A DNA stretch of 64,000 bases. Origin: Auanema rhodensis. Lineage: Eukaryota; Animalia; Nematoda. The translations under genes and the position numbers were made by a program. The notes under the pieces are model-generated. The model worked only from the letters and a program-made list of their open reading frames with translations, was not told where the DNA came from and did not search any database. Shown here in pieces: positions 53,984 to 64,000 of this stretch. The stretch spans positions 372,001 through 436,000 of the forward strand of contig OZ059898.1 in the NCBI GenBank assembly GCA_964057225.1. Reading direction: 5' to 3'. Every line of letters begins with the position of its first letter. The stretch's first letter is position 1.

Positions 53984-54470
53984 CCTGCTCTGATTAATGT
54001 AACTTGAAATCTTGCTCATGTATATTTTTTTCCATATTACTAGCCTGCTAGCCTCACTGCATGTTATAGTTAGACAGTTTCCTAGTTAACCTCCGAGACC
54101 TGTTACTATGCTCCGAATCCTATAGACATTAGTCATATGGATCAAGCGTTAGTTACCTCTTACTGTCAGAACGGGCTCGACTCATGTCAAGAGTTCCACC
54201 GCACCTGTCAGAATACTACAGAGGTCAGTGATCTACACTGAACAACTTTTCTCTCCTCTACCTAACTAGAACTTCGAAACCTTAACACACCAGTAGTGCT
54301 GTACGCTATCATAATAAAAGGAAATATGCACGACTCGTTTATTTACATATATCTAGCCAATTATTATGTATGTTTGTATTGTAAGGTTCTTCTGTATATC
54401 TACAATTTTCTCTATTTATTAACATTGTTTCCGCTTTTAACCTGTGATTCGAACAATAAACCCGTTCAAA
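53984..54470 (+). other. LINE 3' UTR (487 bp)
   Basis: Non-satellite sequence between the ORF2 stop and the resumption of the satellite. Confidence 0.85.
54455..54460 (+). terminator. AATAAA polyadenylation-like signal 10 nt before the element end
   Basis: ...GATTCGAAC AATAAA CCCGTTCAAA|CGTG... Confidence 0.6.
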
Positions 54471-57400
54471 CGTGTACATTTAATTAGCATAAATTAAAGT
54501 TCACGTAAATTTCAAAGTCATATGGTTACCATGCACCAATATCAATAAAAATTTGTTTTTAGACTAATATGGACATGGGGAATCTAATTTTGAAAACCGC
54601 ATCTCTTTATCTTTCACGTGAAGCGAGTTACATACCAAGTGCACATCACGTGTACATTTAATTAGCATAAATTAAAGTTCACGTAAATTTCAAAGTCATG
54701 GTTACCATGAACCAATATCAATAAAAATTTGTTTTTAGACTAATATGGACATGGGGAATCTAATTTTGAAAACCGCATCTCTTTATCTTTCACGTGAAGC
54801 GAGTTACATACCAAGTGCACATCACGTGTACATTTAATTAGCATAAATTAAAGTTCACGTAAATTTCAAAGTCATGGTTACCATGAACCAATATCAATAA
54901 AAATTTGTTTTTAGACTAATATGTACATGGGGAATCTAATTTTGAAAACCGCATCTCTTTATCTTTCACGTGAAGCGAGTTACATACCAAGTGCACATCA
55001 CGTGTACATTTAATTAGCATAAATTAAAGTTCACGTAAATTTCAAAGTCATGGTTACCATGCACCAATATCAATAAAAATTCGTTTTTAGACTAATATGG
55101 ACATGGGGAATCTAATTTTGAAAACCGCATCTCTTCATCTTTCACGTGAAGCGAGTTACATACCAAGTGCACATCACGTGTACATTTAATTAGCATAAAT
55201 TAAAGTTCACGTAAATTTCAAAGTCATGGTTACCATGCACCAATATCAATAAAAATTTGTTTTTAGACTAATATGGACATGGGGAATCTAATTTTGAAAA
55301 CCGCATCTCTTCATCTTTCACGTGAAGCGAGTTACATACCAAGTGCACATCACGTGTACATTTAATTAGCATAAATTAAAGTTCACGTAAAATTCAAAGT
55401 CATGGTTACCATGCACCAATATCAAAAAAATTTGTTTTTAGACTAATATGGACATGGGGAATCTAATTTTGAAAACCGCATCTCTTTATCTTTCACGTGA
55501 AGCGAGTTACATACCAAGTGCACATCACGTGTACATTTAATTAGCATAAATTAAAGTTCACGTAAATTTCAAAGTCATGGTTACCTTGCACCAATATCAA
55601 TAAAAATTTGTTTTTAGACTAATATGGACATGGGGAATCTAATTTTGAAAACCGCATCTCTTTATCTTTCACGTGAAGCGAGTTACATACCAAGTGCACA
55701 TCACGTGTACATTTAATTAGCATAAATTAAAGTTCACGTAAATTTCAAAGTCATGGTTACCATGAACCAATATCAATAAAAATTTGTTTTTAGACTAATA
55801 TGGACATGGGGAATCTAATTTTGAAAACCGCATCTCTTTATCTTTCACGTGAAGCGAGTTACATACCAAGTGCACATCACGTGTACATTTAATTAGCATA
55901 AATTAAAGTTCACGTAAATTTCAAAGTCATGGTTACCATGCACCAATATCAATAAAAATTTGTTTTTAGACTAATATGGACATGGGGAATCTAATTTTGA
56001 AAACCGCATCTCTTTATCTTTCACGTGAAGCGAGTTACATACCAAGTGCACATCACGTGTACATTTAATTAGCATAAATTAAAGTTCACGTAAATTTCAA
56101 AGTCATGGTTACCATGCACCAATATCAATAAAAATTTGTTTTTAGACTAATATGGACATGGGGAATCTAATTTTGAAATTCGCATCTCTTTATCTTTCAC
56201 GTGAAGCGAGTTACATACCAAGTGCACATCACGTGTACATTTAATTAGCATAAATTAAAGTTCACGTAAATTTCAAAGTCATGGTTACCATGAAGCAATA
56301 TCAATAAAAATTTGTTTTTGGACTAATATGGACATGGGGAATCTAATTTTGAAAACCGCATCTCTTTATCTTTCACGTGAAGCGAGTTACATACCAAGGG
56401 CACATCACGTGTACATTTAATTAGCATAAATTAAAGTTCACGTAAATTTCAAAGTCATGGTTACCATGAACCAATATCAATAAAAATTTGTTTTTAGACC
56501 AATATGGACATGGGGAATCTAATTTTGAAAACCGCATCTCTTTATCTTTCACGTGAAGCGAGTTACATACCAAGTGCACATCACGTGTACATTTAATTAG
56601 CATAAATTAAAGTTCACGTAAATTTCAAAGTCATGGTTACCATGCACCAATATCAATAAAAATTTGTTTTTAGACTAATATGGACATGGGGAATCTAATT
56701 TTGAAAACCGCATCTCTTTATCTTTCACGTGAAGCGAGTTACATACCAAGTGCACATCACGTGTACATTTAATTAGCATAAATTAAAGTTCACGTAAATT
56801 TCAAAGTCATGGTTACCATGCACCAATATCAATAAAAATTTGTTTTTAGACTAATATGGACATGGGAAATCTAATTTTGAAAACCGCATCTCTTTATCTT
56901 TCACGTGAAGCGAGTTACATACCAAGTGCACATCACGTGTACATTTAATTAGCATAAATTAAAGTTCACGTAAATTTCAAAGTCATGGTTACCATGAACC
57001 AATATCAATAAAAATTTGTTTTTAGACTAATATGGACATGGGGAATCTAATTTTGAAAACCGCATCTCTTCATCTTTCACGTGAAGCGAGTTACATACCA
57101 AGTGCACATCACGTGTACATTTAATTAGCATAAATTAAAGTTCACGTAAATTTCAAAGTCATGGTTACCATGCACCAATATCAATAAAAATTTGTTTTTA
57201 GACTAATATGGACATGGGGAATCTAATTTTGAAAACCGCATCTCTTTATCTTTCACGTGAAGCGAGTTACATACCTAGTGCACATCACGTGTTCATTTAA
57301 TTAGCATAAATTAAAGTTCACGTAAATTTCAAAGTCATGGTTACCATGCACCAATATCAATAAAAATTTGTTTTTAGACTAATATGGACATGGGGAATCT

Positions 57401-60400
57401 AATTTTGAAAACCGCATCTCTTTATCTTTCACGTGAAGCGAGTTACATACCAAGTGCACATCACGTGTACATTTAATTAGCATAAATTAAAGTTCACGTA
57501 AATTTCAAAGTCATGGTTACCATGAACCAATATCAATAAAAATTTGTTTTTAGACTAATATGGACATGGGGAATCTAATTTTGAAAACCGCATCTCTTTA
57601 TCTTTCACGTGAAGCGAGTTACATACCAAGTGCACATCACGTGAACATTTAATTAGCATAATTTAAAGTTCACGTAAATTTCAAAGTCATGGTTACCATG
57701 CACCAATATCAATAAAAATTTGTTTTTAGACTAATATGGACATGGGGAATCTAATTTTGAAAATCGCATCTCTTTATCTTTCACGTGAAGCGAGTTACAT
57801 ACCAAGTGCACATCACGTGTACATTTAATTAGCATAAATTAAAGTTCACGTAAATTTCAAAGTCATGGTTACCATGAAGCAATATCAATAAAAATTTGTT
57901 TTTAGACTAATATGGACATGGGGAATCTAATTTTGAAAACCGCATCTCTTTATCTTTCACGTGAAGCGAGTTACATACCAAGTGCACATCACGTGTACAT
58001 TTAATTAGCATAAATTAAAGTTCACGTAAATTTCAAAGTCATGGTTACCATGAACCAATATCAATAAAAATTTGTTTTTAGACCAATATGGACATGGGGA
58101 ATCTAATTTTGAAAACCGCATCTCTTTATCTTTCACGTGAAGCGAGTTACATACCAAGTGCACATCACGTGTACATTTAATTAGCATAAATTAAAGTTCA
58201 CGTAAATTTCAAAGTCATGGTTACCATGCACCAATATCAATAAAAATTTGTTTTTAGACTAATATGGACATGGGGAATCTAATTTTGAAAACCGCATCTC
58301 TTTATCTTTCACGTGAAGCGAGTTACATACCAAGTGCACATCACGTGTACATTTAATTAGCATAAATTAAAGTTCACGTAAATTTCAAAGTCATGGTTAC
58401 CATGCACCAATATCAATAAAAATTTGTTTTTAGACTAATATGGACATGGGGAATCTAATTTTGAAAACCGCATCTCTTTATCTTTCACGTGAAGCGAGTA
58501 ACATACCAAGTGCACATCACGTGTACATTTAATTAGCATAAATTAAAGTTCACGTAAATTTCAAAGTCATGGTTACCATGCACCAATATCAATAAAAATT
58601 TGTTTTTAGACTAATATGGACATGGGGAATCTAATTTTGAAAACCGCATCTCTTTATCTTTCACGTGAAGCGAGTTACATACCAAGTGCACATCACGTGT
58701 ACATTTAATTAGCATAAATTAAAGTTCACGTAAATTTCAAAGTCATGGTTACCATGAAGCAATATCAATAAAAATTTGTTTTTAGACTAATATGGACATG
58801 GGGAATCTAATTTTGAAAACCGCATCTCTTTATCTTTCACGTGAAGCGAGTTACATACCAAGGGCACATCACGTGTACATTTAATTAGCATAAATTAAAG
58901 TTCACGTAAATTTCAAAGTCATGGTTACCATGAACCAATATCAATAAAAATTTGTTTTTAGACCAATATGGACATGGGGAATCTAATTTTGAAAACCGCA
59001 TCTCTTTATCTTTCACGTGAAGCGAGTTACATACCAAGTGCACATCACGTGTACATTTAATTAGCATAAATTAAAGTTCACGTAAATTTCAAAGTCATGG
59101 TTACCATGCACCAATATCAATAAAAATTTGTTTTTAGACTAATATGGACATGGGGAATCTAATTTTGAAAACCGCATCTCTTTATCTTTCACGTGAAGCG
59201 AGTTACATACCAAGTGCACATCACGTGTACATTTAATTAGCATAAATTAAAGTTCACGTAAATTTCAAAGTCATGGTTACCATGAACCAATATCAATAAA
59301 AATTTGTTTTTAGACCAATATGGACATGGGGAATCTAATTTTGAAAACCGCATCTCTTTATCTTTCACGTGAAGCGAGTTACATACCAAGTGCACATCAC
59401 GTGTACATTTAATTAGCATAAATTAAAGTTCACGTAAATTTCAAAGTCATGGTTACCATGCACCAATATCAATAAAAATTTGTTTTTAGACTAATATGGA
59501 CATGGGGAATCTAATTTTGAAAACCGCATCTCTTTATCTTTCACGTGAAGCGAGTTACATACCAAGTGCACATCACGTGTACATTTAATTAGCATAAATT
59601 AAAGTTCACGTAAATTTCAAAGTCATGGTTACCATGCACCAATATCAATAAAAATTTGTTTTTAGACTAATATGGACATGGGGAATCTAATTTTGAAAAC
59701 CGCATCTCTTTATCTTTCACGTGAAGCGAGTTACATACCAAGTGCACATCACGTGTACATTTAATTAGCATAAATTAAAGTTCACGTAAATTTCAAAGTC
59801 ATGGTTACCATGCACCAATATCAATAAAAATTTGTTTTTAGACTAATATGGACATGGGGAATCTAATTTTGAAAACCGCATCTCTTTATCTTTCACGTGA
59901 AGCGAGTTACATACCAAGTGCACATCACGTGTACATTTAATTAGCATAAATTAAAGTTCACGTAAATTTCAAAGTCATGGTTACCATGAACCAATATCAA
60001 TAAAAATTTGTTTTTAGACTAATATGGACATGGGGAATCTAATTTTGAAAACCGCATCTCTTTATCTTTCACGTGAAGCGAGTTACATACCAAGTGCACA
60101 TCACGTGTACATTTAATTAGCATAAATTAAAGTTCACGTAAATTTCAAAGTCATGGTTACCATGAACCAATATCAATAAAAATTTGTTTTTAGACTAATA
60201 TGGAGATGGGGAATCTAATTTTGAAAACCGCATCTCTTTATCTTTCACGTGAAGCGAGTTACATACCAAGTGCACATCACGTGTACATTTAATTAGCATA
60301 AATTAAAGTTCACGTAAAATTCAAAGTCATGGTTACCATGCACCAATATCAATAAAAATTTGTTTTTAGACTAATATGGACATGGGGAATCTAATTTTGA

Positions 60401-63400
60401 AAACCGCATCTCTTTATCTTTCACGTGAAGCGAGTTACATACCAAGTGCACATCACGTGTACATTTAATTAGCATAAATTAAAGTTCACGTAAATTTCAA
60501 AGTCATGGTTACCATGAACCAATATCAATAAAAATTTGTTTTTAGACTAATATGGACATGGGGAATCTAATTTTGAAAACCGCATCTCTTTATCTTTCAC
60601 GTGAAGCGAGTTACATACCAAGTGCACATCACGTGTACATTTAATTAGCATAATTTAAAGTTCACGTAAATTTCAAAGTCATGGTTACCATGCACCAATA
60701 TCAATAAAAATTTGTTTTTAGACTAATATGGACATGGGGAATCTAATTTTGAAAACCGCATCTCTTTATCTTTCACGTGAAGCGAGTTACATACCAAGTG
60801 CACATCACGTGTACATTTAATTAGCATAAATTAAAGTTCACGTAAATTTCAAAGTCATGGTTACCATGAAGCAATATCAATAAAAATTTGTTTTTAGACT
60901 AATATGGACATGGGGAATCTAATTTTGAAAACCGCATCTCTTTATCTTTCACGTGAAGCGAGTTACATACCAAGTGCACATCACGTGTACATTTAATTAG
61001 CATAAATTAAAGTTCACGTAAATTTCAAAGTCATGGTTACCATGAACCAATATCAATAAAAATTTGTTTTTAGACCAATATGGACATGGGGAATCTAATT
61101 TTGAAAACCGCATCTCTTTATCTTTCACGTGAAGCGAGTTACATACCAAGTGCACATCACGTGTACATTTAATTAGCATAAATTAAAGTTCACGTAAATT
61201 TCAAAGTCATGGTTACCATGCACCAATATCAATAAAAATTTGTTTTTAGACTAATATGGACATGGGGAATCTAATTTTGAAAACCGCATCTCTTTATCTT
61301 TCACGTGAAGCGAGTTACATACCAAGTGCACATCACGTGTACATTTAATTAGCATAAATTAAAGTTCACGTAAATTTCAAAGTCATGGTTACCATGCACC
61401 AATATCAATAAAAATTTGTTTTTAGACTAATATGGACATGGGGAATCTAATTTTGAAAACCGCATCTCTTTATCTTTCACGTGAAGCGAGTTACATACCA
61501 AGTGCACATCACGTGTACATTTAATTAGCATAAATTAAAGTTCACGTAAATTTCAAAGTCATGGTTACCATGAACCAATATCAATAAAAATTTGTTTTTA
61601 GACTAATATGGACATGGGGAATCTAATTTTGAAAACCGCATCTCTTTATCTTTCACGTGAAGCGAGTTACATACCAAGTGCACATCACGTGTACATTTAA
61701 TTAGCATAAATTAAAGTTCACGTAAATTTCAAAGTCATGGTTACCATGAACCAATATCAATAAAAATTTGTTTTTAGACTAATATGGACATGGGGAATCT
61801 AATTTTGAAAACCGCATCTCTTTATCTTTCACGTGAAGCGAGTTACATACCAAGTGCACATCACGTGTACATTTAATTAGCATAAATTAAAGTTCACGTA
61901 AATTTCAAAGTCATGGTTACCATGCACCAATATCAATAAAAATTTGTTTTTGACTAATATGGACATGGGGAATCTAATTTTGGAAACCGCATCTCTTTAT
62001 CTTTCACGTGAAGCGAGTTACATACCAAGTGCACATCACGTGTACATTTAATTAGCATAAATTAAAGTTCACGTAAATTTCAAAGTCATGGTTACCATGC
62101 ACCAATATCAATAAAAATTTGTTTTTAGACTAATATGGACATGGGGAATCTAATTTTGAAAACCGCATCTCTTTATCTTTCACGTGAAGCGAGTTACATA
62201 CCAAGTGCACATCACGTGTACATTTAATTAGCATAATTTAAAGTTCACGTAAATTTCAAAGTCATGGTTACCATGCACCAATATCAATAAAAATTTGTTT
62301 TTAGACTAATATGGACATGGGGAATCTAATTTTGAAAACCGCATCTCTTTATCTTTCACGTGAAGCGAGTTACATACCAAGTGCACATCACGTGTACATT
62401 TAATTAGCATAAATTAAAGTTCACGTAAATTTCAAAGTCATGGTTACCATGAAGCAATATCAATAAAAATTTGTTTTTAGACTAATATGGACATGGGGAA
62501 TCTAATTTTGAAAACCGCATCTCTTTATCTTTCACGTGAAGCGAGTTACATACCAAGTGCACATCACGTGTACATTTAATTAGCATAAATTAAAGTTCAC
62601 GTAAATTTCAAAGTCATGGTTACCATGCACCAATATCAATAAAAATTTGTTTTTAGACTAATATGGACATGGGGAATCTAATTTTAAAAACCGCATCTCT
62701 TTATCTTTCACGTGAAGCGAGTTACATACCAAGTGCACATCACGTGTACATTTAATTAGCATAAATTAAAGTTCACGTAAATTTCAAAGTCATGGTTACC
62801 ATGAACCAATATCAATAAAAATTTGTTTTTAGACTAATATGGACATGGGGAATCTAATTTTGAAAACCGCATCTCTTTATCTTTCACGTGAAGCGAGTTA
62901 CATACCAAGTGCACATCACGTGTACATTTAATTAGCATAAATTAAAGTTCACGTAAATTTCAAAGTCATGGTTACCATGAACCAATATCAATAAAAATTT
63001 GTTTTTAGACTAATATGGACATGGGGAATCTAATTTTGAAAACCGCATCTCTTTATCTTTCACGTGAAGCGAGTTACATACCAAGTGCACATCACGTGTA
63101 CATTTAATTAGCATAAATTAAAGTTCACGTAAATTTCAAAGTCATGGTTACCATGAACCAATATCAATAAAAATTTGTTTTTAGACTAATATGGAGATGG
63201 GGAATCTAATTTTGAAAACCGCATCTCTTTATCTTTCACGTGAAGCGAGTTACATACCAAGTGCACATCACGTGTACATTTAATTAGCATAAATTAAAGT
63301 TCACGTAAAATTCAAAGTCATGGTTACCATGCACCAATATCAATAAAAATTTGTTTTTAGACTAATATGGACATGGGGAATCTAATTTTGAAAACCGCAT

Positions 63401-64000
63401 CTCTTTATCTTTCACGTGAAGCGAGTTACATACCAAGTGCACATCACGTGTACATTTAATTAGCATAAATTAAAGTTCACGTAAATTTCAAAGTCATGGT
63501 TACCATGCACCAATATCAATAAAAATTTGTTTTTGACTAATATGGACATGGGGAATCTAATTTTGGAAACCGCATCTCTTTATCTTTCACGTGAAGCGAG
63601 TTACATACCAAGTGCACATCACGTGTACATTTAATTAGCATAAATTAAAGTTCACGTAAATTTCAAAGTCATGGTTACCATGCACCAATATCAATAAAAA
63701 TTTGTTTTTAGACTAATATGGACATGGGGAATCTAATTTTGAAAACCGCATCTCTTTATCTTTCACGTGAAGCGAGTTACATACCAAGTGCACATCACGT
63801 GTACATTTAATTAGCATAAATTAAAGTTCACGTAAATTTCAAAGTCATGGTTACCATGCACCAATATCAATAAAAATTTGTTTTTAACTAATATGGACAT
63901 GGGGAATCTAATTTTGAAAACCGCATCTCTTTATCTTTCACGTGAAGCGAGTTACATACCAAGTGCACATCACGTGTACATTTAATTAGCATAAATTAAA
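54471..64000. repeat. 176-bp tandem satellite array, right arm (~54 monomers, continues beyond window end)
   Basis: Same monomer, orientation and register as the left arm. Confidence 0.99.

Larger units (their letters stand above)
49858..54470 (+). mobile_element. Apparently full-length non-LTR retrotransposon (LINE), CR1/L2 group, most likely CR1 clade; 4613 bp
   Basis: The satellite breaks after ...CACATCA (49857) and resumes in register at CGTGTAC (54471). Between these lie a 5' UTR, ORF1, an APE+RT ORF2 and a 3' UTR with AATAAA. There are no LTRs and no RNase H or integrase. CR1-like motifs include GVPQGTVLGPLLFLFYIND, YADD, YIRPILEYASVVWSP, IESVQKKF and WNALP. Boundaries are ambiguous by 1-3 nt because of microhomology. 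Confidence 0.95.

Noticed and set aside
49858-54470. LTR element, Penelope, group II intron or retron
   Set aside because: No terminal repeats, protease, RNase H, integrase or GIY-YIG domain. An N-terminal APE domain plus CR1-type RT defines a LINE.
54296-54487. 63-aa ORF in the 3' UTR
   Set aside because: GTG start, AT-rich low-complexity sequence, and it terminates inside the satellite.
1-64000. CRISPR array or other repeat-spacer system
   Set aside because: Monomers abut head-to-tail with no unique spacers, there are no cas genes, and the context is a eukaryotic LINE.

Overview
Eukaryotic, probably invertebrate and tentatively nematode-like, satellite DNA. About 59.4 kb of the window is a very homogeneous head-to-tail array of a 176-bp AT-rich monomer: about 283 copies at 1-49857 and about 54 copies at 54471-64000. 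The array is interrupted once by an apparently full-length, intact 4613-bp CR1/L2-group non-LTR retrotransposon (49858-54470, + strand). The element has a pyrimidine-rich 5' UTR, ORF1 (355 aa), an overlapping ORF2 (APE endonuclease plus reverse transcriptase) and a 3' UTR ending AATAAA-CCCGTTCAAA with no poly(A). The most notable observation is at the ORF1/ORF2 junction. ORF2 has no AUG upstream of its endonuclease domain and lies in the +1 frame, and ORF1 ends TCC-TTT-CGT-TAA, the UCC_UUU_CGU +1 ribosomal frameshift motif known from influenza A PA-X. This suggests an ORF1-ORF2 fusion of about 1296 aa made by programmed +1 frameshifting. The element sits inside an E-box (CA|CGTG) with a 0-1 bp TSD, and uninterrupted paralogues of the target monomer exist in the window. 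The array is organised into variant domains and local higher-order repeats (5-, 8-, 9- and 28-mers). The monomer is unusually rich in dyad symmetries. No host genes, RNA genes or CRISPR arrays are supported.
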